In this document: positions 34,631 through 47,439 of the stretch, piece after piece
How positions within the stretch are numbered: position 1 is the first letter of the stretch
Layout: each line of letters starts with the position of its first letter
DNA from: Sphyrna mokarran
Taxonomy: Eukaryota
Length of the DNA: 64,000 nucleotides
Direction: 5' to 3'
NCBI GenBank assembly: GCA_024679065.1
Contig: JAGIQG010000022.1
Span: forward strand, 14,570,001 to 14,634,000
Made by a program: the position numbers and the translations under genes
Notes under the pieces: model-generated
Seen by the model: only the letters and a program-made list of their open reading frames with translations
Databases searched by the model: none
Told to the model about the DNA's origin: nothing

Positions 34631-37600
34631 GACTTTAAAACATTAAGAACTGCTGTATTCATATTACACAGACTAAAGTCCAGACCCTGGTTTTTAAACT
34701 GATTGAAAGGTTTATGTTGAAGAACACTGGTTTTGTTCTTGAGCTGTTGTCTATACTCACTGCAAGGAAAGTAATTCATCCGGAATGTATTATTTTTCAG
34801 TGAGCACCATTTCAGGGATAATCCAGTCAGAGGTGCCCTTCAGTCCTTCCAACAGCTAGTGGAAAATTGCATTCAGCGCAAATGTAGCTACAGCCGGTTC
34901 ACCTTGAGCTGCACCCGTCCCTCCTGCATCTAAACACGCACCTTGCTCCATCTAGGCAGGATGGAGATCGCCATATGTCTGTCGTCACAGGGGTTCAGGT
35001 AGCCCACTTCACCTTCACAATGATGCTATTCAGAGCCCGCCCGGAGATGTGTTGTTTTAAAGTCTTAAGTACATCCACAGTGTGTGAGGCAACACCATCA
35101 CCTTCAATATCTCAGTGTCCCTTGGTTTCCATGCCAGCTTTTCTGAAATATCTTGGGCAACGCAGGTGCCGTTGGAAAAGCCTTAAGTTCCTTGCGTATC
35201 TTGCGACGGAAATACCTAAGACAGCTTCCCTTGAAAGCAGAGGAGCCCAGAGATCTCTGAACGCAATATGAAGACTCTGAAGTGAACTAGCTGCCCCCCA
35301 CCCCCATCAAAGGGTGGCAAGGCCAGGGACGTTCATGTTTGAATCCATTCCCTCCCCAACCCGATGCCAAACTTGTCTAGTCGCCCTGAGATGGTGATGC
35401 GGCCATACCTGGATCCCTGTCAATGTTGCTTTGCACAGTAATAGATCAGAGCCTAAACCGTGTGTTGTGACCTGTTATCCACCATGTTTACACTGCCAAT
35501 TAACAAAGATGTTCCTTGTGCCCTGCTTGGTTTGTTGTCTGTATATCTGATGTTACATTTAAACGCAATAGATGTACAAAATAAAAATCTGCCTCTTTTG
35601 GACCTGGGTGCGGATTTTTGAGAGTGATGGGAAAATGTCTGCACCAAAGGAAAATGTTCAACAGGACGCTTTGGTTTATCCCTGATTGAAATGTCTTTTG
35701 AGAGGTTCTGTTGATTTTTTTTCTTCTTCTTCATCATCTTGTACAATTTTCTGTCAGTTTATCTCCCTTTCTCTATCCATTCGGCTTCGGAATGTCTGGC
35801 ACACGGCCTGTCCCGAGAGGTTGCCACCCAGGGCTGGAGATTGAGTGCAGCAATGACTCGCCACCCTTCGGAACTGAAGGGGAGTGTGTCCTGAGCTGTC
35901 CTCCGCTCCACCTCTGTGGCGCCGTGTCCGAGAGCCCCCAGAGCAGCAACATACACTGGTGCCATCCCCATGTGCACGTGTATGCCCAAGCCAAGTGTCA
36001 GTGCCACTCCCACATGCCCCTCATTCCACATAGCACCATCATCTACAGGCAATTCAACTTCCGCCATGCTCCCACCCCACAATTTATAATACCGAGCTCA
36101 TTCTCCCGTGCCCATCCCTGAACTTTTCGAAACTCTACGCAGAAAGAAAGCTCGATTCTCCGTCCAAGCTTGCTTCACATGCAAACGCATTGCAACCCTG
36201 TCACAGATTTTGTGCAGACCACTCCTCCGCACTGCCCCTCCCACCACCTCCCCACCCCCAAACCACCCCACCCCACCCCACCATCCTCCTGCCTCCCTCC
36301 ATCCCTCCCTTCTCCTCCTCCTCCCCCAGCAGCCCTGTCAGCCATTTTGTGCTTCTCTGCTTTCCTGGTGCTATTTCAGTTGGCTTTAGAAATGGGTAAA
36401 AAGAGTTTTGTGGATGTTTGGCATTAAGTTATTGCTCTCTTTATGGGAAAGCATTTGGTAAACTTGTTGGGAACTGTTATCTCCTCACCCTGCCCTTCTG
36501 CGTATCATCTTTGTAAAATTGACACCCACTCAAATCAAGGTGGGCAGATGAATATTGGTGCAGTTTGGACCTTGGTGTTGCCTTTCCACTTCACTGGGGA
36601 GAGAAAGAAATTGTCACTTTTTTTTCATGAAGGCAGTCTCTTTTGTTTAAAAAGGTCATATTTGGTGCCCCAAAGCCCCTCAGTGGTGATAAGCCACCAG
36701 CAGCTGAGGGCCAGAGCTGAGAATTTGGCTATCTTTGCCAGGCACTGCTATGCCACAGAGGGGCCAGAGTTTCTGGGCGAATGCACATTCTTCCAGCTTG
36801 GTTAATTTGAAGTAGCTTCATTGCTAGGATTAAAATAGTTCACAGCCTTGGCCAATTGCTTAGACTAACTATCGTTCAGACAATATATAAAAAAAACCAT
36901 TATGGGTGGGATTTTAGGGCCTTGCTCATCCCAACATCCCACCTGAGGTCAACAGACCTTTCCATGGTCTGCCCCAAGCCCGCTCCAATTCCCACGATAG
37001 GCAGGATGATAAAATTCCAGCATATAAATCAAAATTTAAATTGCAGTTTGTAGATATGGAAAGCCCAATGCTGGAAGCAAAAAGCAGCTGCCTTGGTGTA
37101 CTGCCATGGTTAGGATTTGATTCCCTCAGGATTGGTTAACACTTGGGATCTCTCAGGTCTGAACTGGAAGCAGTCTGGGCTGAAAAGAAGAACCATTCTT
37201 TCTCTCACACTCACATTCCATTCATCTTCCTCGATCTCGTTCTCCCTATTACTTTTCTCACTTGCCTCCATTCCCCCTTCCTCTTTTCTTTCCCTCTGTC
37301 TCACTGACCCCCAGTCATACTTCTACCCCCGACTTCCATTTTCTATCCCTTTGCTGCAGTGCCCATTGGCACTCTTGTGGCACCTCTCCAAGTCCCTAGT
37401 CATGTTGGCAGCTTTCTTTCTCACCATTTTATTGTGACCTTCTCTCTCATATTGCCACAGAAGGCTGCGGAGACCAGATCATTGAGTATATTTAAGACAG
37501 AGATAGATAGGATCTTGATTGGGAAGGGGGTCAATGTATGTGGGGAAAAGGCGGGAGAATGAGAAATTTTATCAGCCATGATTGACTGGCGGAACAGACT

Positions 37601-38197
37601 TAATGGGCCGAATGACCTAATTCTGTTCCTGTATCTTATGGTCTTAGACTTTCCTCCCTACCTTTCTCTCACTCCTTCTCTCATTCATGTGAAAATGCAT
37701 TGTCTTTTGTTTTCGTCTTCCCAAATTTTTCTTTAAAGCTCATTTTAACCCCATAACCCATCTCTCTTTTGCCCCGTCATGTAGACTTGCCGTAACTAAG
37801 ATGTGTTTGGCCAGTCATTTTTCCCCATTTCCCACAAAAATAAGTCCACTTCATTAAAAGATAAATGCTCAGTTGAGAGAGAAAAAGCCAAGGGAGAATG
37901 AACTTGTCAGTGAAATGTCCTTCTTCAAACATTTTAATATATGTTTTGTGTCTTTAGCCTTTCTTCAGAACTGAAATTGTTATTTTGACACCACGTCCAT
38001 TAATCACTATTAATTATCTTGTCGTGTTGACCCAATATAAGAAATGGACTGATAATGGATCACGTTAAGATTTTTTGAGGTGAGACTCCCACAGATTGTC
38101 AGATCACTGGTTTAATGAAAGTCATCCTGTGTAGTTATTATGTCTGGGCCAAGATCAAAAATCAGGTCTTCTGCATTCTCTGGCTGAATTGTAATGT

Positions 38198-39878
38198 ATC
38201 ATAGAATCATAGGATCCTCACAGTGCAGAAGGGAGGCCATTCGGCCATCACTGACCACAATCACACCCAGGCCTTACCCTCACACACTTACCCCAGCTCA
38301 TCCCCCAATACTAAAGGGCAATTATACATGGCCAATCCACTAACAAGCACACCTTTGGTATGTGGGAGCAAACTGGAGCACCTGGAGGAAACCCACACAG
38401 ACACGGGGAGAACATGCAGGTTCCACTCAGATAGTGACCCAAGCTGGGACTTGAACCCGAGTCCCTAGCACTGTGAGGCAGCAGTGCTAACTGCTGTGCC
38501 ACCATTGCCACTCGTAAAGCCTCAAAAGTCTGAATGTGCAAATATCTTTTTCTTTATTTAATCAGCCACCTTGTGCGAGAGAATTCAATTCTAGTAACTT
38601 GGAAAATCTTTCTTCCGTGGTGGTGGTAAGTGGGCGGTGGGGTAGTCCAGACCTTAGTTTCCCATTCTGGCTGGCACAGTGATTAGCACTGCTGCCTCAC
38701 ATCAGGTTCGATTCCCGGTTTGAGTCACTGTGTGGAATCCGCACATTCTCCCTGTGTCTGCGTAGGTTTCCTCTGAGTGCTCCTGTTTTCTCCCACAGTT
38801 CAAAAGATGTGCTGGTTAGGTTCATTGGCCATGAAAAATTCTCCCTCAGAGTACCCGAACAGGCGCCAGGGTGTGGCAACTAAGGCAATTTCACAGTAAC
38901 TTAGTTGCAGTGTTAATATAAGCCGAACTTGTGACGATAATAAATAAACTTTAAAAAACAATCCGCCGCGTATTCCCTCACTGCATTAGGCTTCAGTTAA
39001 AGACACCCAGTCACCGTACAACATTGCAATGGCCATGGCAAGCCGTAGTTGGCAATGTTGGCTGGATAGTACAGAATGATGCCAAATGCAATGGGTTCCC
39101 ATATCGGCTGTGGTTAGTCATGAAGGCTCCGCCCTCTCATCTTTGACCTGTGTCGTGGTGACCCACAGGGGTTAATATAACCGCCAGCCTCAAAGGGGAG
39201 AGCAACCTTTGGTCCTCTGGGACTGTGGCAACTTTGTAATCAGAGATATGGAAACTGGGAAAAGCTACTTACAAAATAAACATGCGGCATTTACACCACG
39301 TTATTGTTACAAGTACAAACTTAAATTCTGAATCCCTGGCACTGTGAGGCAGCAGTGCTAACCACTGTGCCACAATGCCACTCGAAAATTTCCTAGTTTC
39401 TTGTGTCGGTTCTGCCACTTCTATTTTCTCAAGTTCACCATTGAGAACATCAATCAAACAAAATGGCTGGCAAGTTTAGAGAGCGTATTGTTCAAACATG
39501 TGATTATTATGAGTCTGGGAAAAATCCAAGTTTTTTTTTTAGAAAAATCATAAAGTGCAATTTAATTATCATAGAATCCCTCCAGTACAGAAGAGGCCAC
39601 TTGGCCCATCGAGTCTGCACTGGCCACAATCCCACCCAGGCCCTATCCCTGTAACCCCACATAGTCATCCTGTTAATCCCCCCTCACGCTAGGGTTAATT
39701 TAGAATGGCCAAATAACTTAACGGCACATCTTCGGTGTGTGAAGGGAAACCAGGGCACCCAGAGGAAACCCATGCAGACATGGGGAGAATGTACAGGCTT
39801 CATCCAAACATTAACCAAGGCTGGAATTGAACCTGGGTCTCTGGCACCGTGAGGCAGCAGTGCTAACCACCATGCCAT
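38198..39878. mobile_element. SINE cluster (-38198-38507, +38672-38952, degenerate third-family SINE ~39030-39235, -39568-39878)
   Basis: Family motifs. Confidence 0.75.
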
Positions 39879-40338
39879 CGTAATGGTGTTTCAAATGGTT
39901 AAGGGATAGAAAAAGTCCAATTGGTGGGCTCCAAGTTAATGCCCCTTTGTGGACTTTCCCTGTAGTTATAAGATCCCTGCAGGGCAGAAGGAGGCCATTT
40001 GGCCCATTACTCCGAAAGAGCTCTTATCCAGTTCTCCCCAACCTATCCCTGAAACCCCATGCACATCACTGGATACTTAGGGGCAATTCGGCATGGCCAG
40101 TCCACCTAACCTGCACATCTTTGATTTGCAGTTGAGACCACATTCTTCCCGATCAGGCAATTCATTCATCAGACCTGTGAAAATCACACAGATGTTCTCT
40201 CATTTGACATTATCACCAGAGGTCAGGGAGAGAGTCAGCTAGCCGCCTCCCCCAGCCGCCACCCTCCATGAGCTGAGCTGGGTTGCGGGTCTTAGTGATG
40301 TGACCTTGACAGACAGTGTTCCGTAGCTGAAGCTTGAC

Positions 40339-40596
40339 ATGGAGATGCTGGCGTTGGACTGGGGTGGGCCACAGTGAGAAGTCTCACAACACCAGGTTAA
40401 AGTTCAACAGGTTTATTTGGAATCATGAGGTTTTGGAGCACTGCTCCTTCTTCAAATGAGTGCAGGATTTGGTGTAGCATACCAAAATCTACCAAGTCCT
40501 ACATGACCAAATCCTAGACTCACCAGATGAAGGGGCACTGCTCCAGAAGCTCGTGCTACCAAATAAACCTATTAGACTTTACCCTGATGCTGTAGG
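40339..40596. mobile_element. Fold-back Penelope-like fragment with 11-bp TSD
   Basis: tgaagcttgac at 40328-40338 and 40597-40607; inverted arms share the family of 26101-26302. Confidence 0.7.
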
Positions 40597-41299
40597 TGAA
40601 GCTTGACCCGAATGTCCAAGCATTTCTGATACTATCGCACTAGAGTGTGCTATCCTTCACCATTCAGCTAAAAGCTACAGCTCACACATATTTACTCTCT
40701 GAAACATTTGCCCGAAACTCCTCTACCTTCCCCTTTCGGTCCCTATTGTTAAAAATTTTTTGTTGTCCATTTGTTCTAGTTCTTTGACCGGTGTTTGTGA
40801 AGCACCCTAGTGCTGTTAAAGACATTAAAAGGTGCGACACCCTTAAAGGCCTATTTCTTCCTGTGGCCGGTGGAGTAACTTAACATCAAAGGCTGCAATT
40901 CAAATGTGACGTTTATTCACGTATACGTAAACAGTAGGTAACACCTTATAAACCCTGCCGAGGGGTATTAGTGATCAAGCACAGAATGCAAAAGACTTGA
41001 GATTTGAGGCAGTGGAAGCAGGGCCTACAGTTAAGGCCTGTATGAGGTAAACATGGCTGAGCAGTTGCTATGCAGGTGTGCGCATACACACACACGCGCA
41101 CGCACGCGGAACTGTTTATTGAGATGTAGCAGAGCTTTGTGAAGCTGCCTGACCTATCCACAGATGTAAATATTGTATAATTAATTTATTGCTACTCTGG
41201 CAAATTTCTTTTGTCGTGATGTAAAAATTGGAGGATCTCAATTTCTTGTTTGTACATTTTGTTCCCTGTTTGGCGTGTCCCTGTATGACGCTACACAAT

Positions 41300-41305
41300 A
41301 ATAAA
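41300..41305 (+). terminator. Candidate distal polyadenylation signal AATAAA
   Basis: ctacacaatAATAAAggtattttgtgtc at the end of an AU-rich, UTR-like block. Confidence 0.5.
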
Positions 41306-43807
41306 GGTATTTTGTGTCAAAACCATTCGAGTCACGGACTATTTCCTTTTTGCCACAAGCCTCCTAGCAGGATACGTTCCCGGAGACATCAGGATATTGA
41401 ACTTAATGATCAGCCATGATCATGATGAGCAGCTGAGCAGGCTGGAAGGGCTGAATGGCCTCTTCCTGTTTCTAGTGGGTGGAATTTTCCCATCCCGTCC
41501 GCCATGGGAAGTGTAGCGGGTGGAACACGGACTCAGGCAGGATTTTCCGGCCTTGGGGGGCGAGTGCAGCCAAAAATCCTGCCCTGTGGTTTCTAAGTGA
41601 GATTGTGACAGCTGGTAATGGTGGCACAGTGGTTAGCATCGCTGCCTCTCAGCGCCCAGAGACCTGGGTTCAATTCCGGCCTTGACTCACCGTCTGTGTG
41701 GAGTCTGCACATTCTCCCTGTGTCTGCGTGGGTTTCCTCCCACAATCTGAAAAATATGCTGGTTAGGCGCCAGAATGCGGTAACTAGGGTGCTTGAAGCA
41801 CCCGGAGGAAACCCACAGTAACTTCATTGCAGTGTTAAGGTAAGTCTACTTGTAACTAATTAATAAACTTAACAACACAGAAACAAAGATTATAGGAGCA
41901 AGGGTAGCCTTTTGCAACTGCGATCATCAAACTCAATAGGCGTGAGTTTGCCTTTCCCCCCCAATCCTTTGATTCCCCTATGACCCAAGAGTTACATCTG
42001 ACTCTTCTCGAAAACATCCAATGTTTTGGCCTCAGCTAGTTTCTATGGAATTCCAGAGGCTGACCAATCTCTGGGTGAAGAAATTTCTCCTCATCTCAGT
42101 CCTAAAATGTTTAGCTTGTACCCTAAGACTATGACCCCTGGTTCTATGTACCCTCACCATCAGGAACATTCTTTCTGAAGCTATCCTGTCTAGTCCTTTT
42201 AGAGTTTTATAGGTTTCGATGAGATTCCTCCCTCAATTTTTCTAAACTCCCGTTAATATCATCCTAACTGACTCAATCTCTCCTCTTATGCCAGTCCCGC
42301 CAATCTAGGAATCAGTCCCATTACAGCAAGAGCATCCTTAGAATCAGAGAACCACAATAGTGCATTGATTCTTTGAAAGAGTATTTAATGCATGCCCATT
42401 CTCCTGCTCTATCAATGTAACTCGTGCATTTACTATGATTAATCCAGCTAAGCTACATATTTTTGGACACTTAGGGGTAATTTAGCATGGCCAATGCAAT
42501 AACCTGCACATCTTTGGGAGGAAACCCATGCAGACACAGGGAGCACATGCAAACTCTGCACAGACAGTCACCCAAAGCTAGAACTGAACCTGTGTCCTTG
42601 GCGCTGTGCTAACCACTGTGTCATTAGGCCACCCTTCTTTACAGAACGAAACCAAAGCTGCACACAATATTGCAAGAACATTCAAAATACATTTCAAGGT
42701 TGGCATGTTAGGTCACTCAGTATAATCTCCCTTTTTAATCAGGACAGGGTCATTTTATCTGCTATATATATCTGTAAAATGCTGCAAATCTGAAATAAAA
42801 TCATATACATATCTATATAGGAGAGGTGCCTAAATATAATAAAGAGCTTGCATCCATACAATACCTGGTCACCAACTCAGGCTTAATGTTCAGTAAATTG
42901 CTCGAGGTGCGGCCTGTTCATAGCCTGACAAAGCACAGCAGGATCCCATAAAGAGGAACTGGGATGACAGCTACAGATAGGATAGTAGACTGGAAGACCT
43001 GTGCTCATCTTCAAGACTGGTGTCTTTTTACATCTGTCTAAGATGGAGATACTGGCACAGTAAGAAGTCCAACAGGTTTATTCGGAATCATGAACTTTCG
43101 GAGCACTGCATCAGGTGAGTGGAGGTTAGTTCACAAACATGGCATATATAGGCAAAGACACAAAAAGAATGTTGTTCTTTTTAATTCATCTTTTGTGAGA
43201 TATAGGCATTGCTGGCTAGGCTCAACATTTACTATCCATCCCTAATTGCCCTCCATTTCAGAGGTTCAACCACATTACCACAGATCTGGAGTCATATATA
43301 AACCAGACCAGGTAAGGGCAGCAGATTTCCTTCTGTAAAGGACATTAGTGAATCAGATGGGTTTTTATGACAATCGACTATAGTTTCACAGTCATCAATA
43401 GATTTTTAAAATAATTCCAAATTGGAATGTGAAGAATGGTTGGGATGTGAGCCTTTACAGATAATCAGGTCTTAAGAGGTACAAACAAAGTGCATGGAGA
43501 GAGGGCTAATCACAGATTAAAGAGGCATCAGTTAGTAGGATTTTGCAAATCCAGACAGTACAGCAGTATATGTCTAAACAGCAGGATCGATCTTCAGTTT
43601 AAACCTCCTCCTCGAAAAATAGAATCCATAATGAATGTCCGCGTTTGTTTGATAGGGAGGGAATTTCCAGGATTTTGCCACACAGCCAGTGCATCAACTA
43701 GAATAGTTCATCAACAGCTGGAGCTGTCCAAACCAGCAGAATATTATCTGGGAGGGGAAAACACCTTTCCGTGTTGCACTCCTGCAACTATTGCACTGAT
43801 ACATAAA

Positions 43808-44145
43808 TAGAAGTCATAGAACCCTACAGTGCAGAAAGAGGCCCTTCGGCCCAGCGAATCTGCACCAAACACAATCTCACCCAGACTTTATCTCTACATA
43901 TTATACCCATTAATCCCTCTAACTTATACATCCCTGGACACTAAGAGGCAATTTCTTAGCATGGCCAATTAACCTAATCTGCACATCATTGGACTGCGAG
44001 AGGAAACTGAAGCACCCGGAGGAAACCCACACAGACGCAAGGAGAATATGCAAACTCCACACAGACAGTGACCCGAGCCGGGAATCGAACCCAGGACCCT
44101 GGAGCTGTGAAGCAGCAGTGTTGAGCACTGTGCTACCGTGCCGCC
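43808..44145 (-). mobile_element. HE1-type SINE, CR1-type tail, close to consensus
   Basis: Family motifs. Confidence 0.85.
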
Positions 44146-44510
44146 GTGTGTTCGTTGTGAGAGGGAGAGGATCAGGGGCAGGACAGGAGGAAGACTGACC
44201 TCTTGATCTTCCAACATGGAAGGAAATCTTGCTTAATGAGCTAATCTCATGTTTCAGGAAAAACTCCATATATCCCTCACGAATAATTTCTTTGTTTCAA
44301 TTCTAGCCTCATTTGCATTCCTAATGGCCATGTCTTCAGTTCTGGGACCCTAAGTTCTATATTTCCCTCCCTTAATCTAATCATTTCTCTCATTCCTTTT
44401 GCCCCTTTAAGCTGCACTTCAATAACCATCTCTTTAACCAAGCTTCTGGCCAGGTCCCTGCTCCTATCTTCAATGCTTTCTCTACTTGGAGGGCAAATGG
44501 GATCAAAGGT

Positions 44511-44815
44511 CATCTTTGCCTTTTGGCTAAGATCAAGTGTAGTATTGACATGCTGCACTTGGTTGAAGTCATTACGTTACATTTTAGCTTCATTTGAAGC
44601 AATTTTTTAAAAGAAGCATCTCGGCCTTTTGGCTAAGATGCAAATGAAATCAAGCCTTGGAGGAGGAGCTATGCCTATTCCAATCAGCTTGGACCATGTA
44701 GATCAAGCCCAAGACAGGAGGTGCGAGCCCTGTCTTGTCAACTTGCATTGGGAATGTCTCAACTTGCTGAGACTCTGAATTGGATTTAATTGGATTGAAT
44801 TAGCATGAAAGAAAG
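44511..44815 (+). mobile_element. U2-snRNA-headed, multi-hairpin short retroposed element (SINEU-like candidate)
   Basis: U2 5' sequence occurs twice (44518-44545, 44616-44639). It interrupts a CR1 3' end, with a candidate 7-bp TSD caaaggt/caaaagt. Confidence 0.55.
44518..44545 (+). pseudogene. U2 snRNA 5' fragment (U2 nt 12-39)
   Basis: gccttttggctaagatcaagtgtagtat is identical to vertebrate U2 nt 12-39; no Sm site or 3' domain follows. Confidence 0.85.
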
Positions 44816-45864
44816 CAAAAGTTATGGAGAGAAAACAGGTTTAGAGAATTGAATCGGCTGATCAGCCACGTTGTGATGAATAGCGGAGCAGGCTTGTAGG
44901 GCCAAATAGCCTCCTCCAGCTCCTATGTTTTCTATATCTCATTGTGATAAAAGTTCTGGCGAACGATCACAGACTTGAAACATTAGCCAAAAACTTAACC
45001 ATTATGGAAACTTACAATCTCACCCGAGAGAAGCCATAAAATCATAGATTCCTAAGTGCAGGAGGAGGTCTTTCAGCCCATCAAGTCTGCACCATCCACA
45101 ATCCAACCCAGGCCCTATCCCCATAACCCCAAGCATTTACCCTAGCTAATCTCCCTAACACTAACTGTTAACATGAATACATCTTTGGACTGTAGGCAGA
45201 AACCGAAGTACCCGGAGGAAACCCATGCAGACACAGGGAGAATGTGCAGATTCCACATTGACAATGACCCAAGCCAGGAATTGAACCCAGGTCCCTGCCA
45301 CTGTGAGGCAGCAGTGGCTAATCACTGAGCCACCATTCCACACAAATATGCTATTAAAATAAATCAGTCAACAAGATCATTTTAGCACTTCACACCATTC
45401 ATTTCCTCGGAAACAAAGGACAAAGGATAGATACCTTAAATCTTTGGGTAGAGACCCGGAGGAATTGTAAATCAATTGTGATAATGTCCTCAGACAGCTA
45501 GCTGGGCAGGACCAGGAGGATAAAACTCACATTGAATGCAAACAGATACAATCCACTTGGGGTTGCGAGTCAAACTCCTACCAAAGATCAGCATTAGCTG
45601 ATGTTGTTTGTATACTTTAAGCAGTGAATCCTGATGACTTCCCCACTGGTGAGTATACTGGATTTTAACAATGTGAAAGGAGTTAGTTCAGTGTCAGAAT
45701 TAGTTCCACTTTCAACATCAGAACAGATCCACCCAACTTCTGTCTCAAAATATGAACATTAAAAAATAGAAATGAAAGCAAATATTGATTCTTGGCAACC
45801 TTTTGAATATTTGTAATCATTTCTTTATTTTACCCTGGGTGCAGGAGATTACGACAATGCAATT

Positions 45865-45937
45865 AGCCAGTTAACTTAGACGGTTTGAGTGTAGTGCTAA
45901 TAACGCCAAGGCATGTATTCAATCCCCGTACTAGCTA
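45865..45937 (+). pseudogene. tRNA-Ile(AAT)-derived pseudogene or isolated SINE head
   Basis: Aligns to tRNA-Ile-AAT (gtgctAATaacgccaagg...ttcaatccccgtac). T-stem is broken; acceptor and anticodon stems carry mismatches. Confidence 0.75.
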
Positions 45938-46769
45938 AAGGCAATTATTGTATGGGACACTGGGCTTAGCACTGCTGCCTCACAGCACTGGGACCCGGAT
46001 TCGATTCTTGGGTCACTGTCTATGCAGAGTCTGCATGTTCTCCCTGCCTATGCTTGAGTTTCTTGGGGTGCTCCAGTTTCCTCCCACAGTCTAGAAGACG
46101 TGCTGGTTAGGTGTATTGGCTATGCTAAATTTTCCCTCAGTGACTCTGAACAGGTGCCGGAGTGTGACGACTAGGGGATTTTCACAGTTACTTCACTGCA
46201 GTAAGCCTACTTATGACACTAATAAATGAACCTTAAACAAGGGAAATTGATGGCGCAACTGGCATTGTCATTCAGCTAATCCTCTACAGACTGGGTTCAA
46301 ATCCCACTGCTCAACAATGAATAACTCTAGAACTAAAAACCCGGCCTCAGTAATGATGACGATGAAACTATCGTATTTTGTCATTAAAAACCCCAATGGG
46401 TTCACTAATATTCTTTAGGGAAGGAAATCTGCCATCCTCACCTGGTCTGACTGACACGTGACTCCAGAGTCATGGCAATGACCCTTAACAGCCCACTAAA
46501 ATAGAGTAACAAGCCACTCAGTTTTGGGCAACAAATGCTGACCATGTTGCACCGTACATCCTGTGAAAAGAATGAAGGAAAAAGATATAACCTTTCCACT
46601 TGGTGATGCCAGTGTTATCACCGAGTACTCACCATCTGGGTAAGGCTAAAGCTGCACTGCCTCAAATTGACTCCAATTTCAACTCCTACCTCAGAAGCCC
46701 GCCCCGCTAGTGCACCACTGTGGAAATTCTCCATTTCCCTCATCAATCCATCCTGTGGACCCTCTGTTA

Positions 46770-47345
46770 TGAAGAAGGAACTTGCATTTATATATCACTT
46801 TTCAGAACATCCTTAGGTATTTTGCAATTATTCGCAATTTTTGAGAATTGTAGTCACTATTAAAGCTCAGGCAAATTCAGTAGCCAATTTTCGCAAAGTT
46901 TTTTTTATTCATTTGTGGGATATGGGTGTTGTTGGCTGGCCAGTATTTATTGCCCATCCCTAGTCGCCCTTGAGAAGGTGATGATGAGCTGCCTTTTTGA
47001 ATCGCTGAAGCCCACGTGCTAATGGGTTGACCCACAATGCCATTTGACTGCAAAGAAATGGCAATACATTTCCAAATCAGGATGGTGAATAGCTTGGAGG
47101 GGAACTTGCAGGTGGTGATGGTCCCTGGTATCTGCAGATACAAAGTGAGGTCCCACAAACAATACTGAGATAAGTAAAACCAATTCATCTGTTTCAATTA
47201 TGTTGCTTAAGGGATAAATGTGGAACGGCATCCCAGAGCAAACTCTTCTTTCCTTCTTTGAATACGTGGGATGTTTTAGACCCACCCAAAATATAAGGTC
47301 TCATCACAAAGCTGAAACCTCCAACAGTGTAGCACTCCAACAGAA
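46770..47345 (-). mobile_element. Old Deu-domain-type SINE interrupted by a LINE tail
   Basis: aacttgcatttatat, tgtagtcacta, gtagccaattt and tcccacaaac motifs, recalled from the AmnSINE1/SacSINE1 Deu domain. Confidence 0.5.
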
Positions 47346-47439
47346 CAACACTGGCAAGATTGGTAAGAACAGCAATTTAAAAAATGATACTGATGACAAA
47401 TAATTATTCATTAATTAAATGATTAGAGATTTGATCATT

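Larger units (their letters stand above)
34801..41325 (+). other. Probable non-coding terminal exon / long 3' UTR of the RAP1GAP2-like gene
   Basis: Acceptor tatttttcag| at 34800 followed by repeat-poor sequence. AATAAA at 35580-35585 and 41300-41305; the distal site is preceded by a U-rich block with TGTAAATA (41165-41172). Confidence 0.5.

Noticed and set aside
35711-36427. Overlapping 70-136 aa ORFs including Pro-rich ones
   Set aside because: No recognisable domain, open on both strands because of C-rich low complexity, and located in the probable 3' UTR
44511-44700. Functional U2 snRNA gene
   Set aside because: Similarity stops at U2 nt 39; there is no stem II, Sm site or 3' stem-loops.
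45865-45937. Functional tRNA-Ile gene
   Set aside because: The T-stem has two mismatches, the B box is degraded, and the acceptor and anticodon stems carry mismatches.
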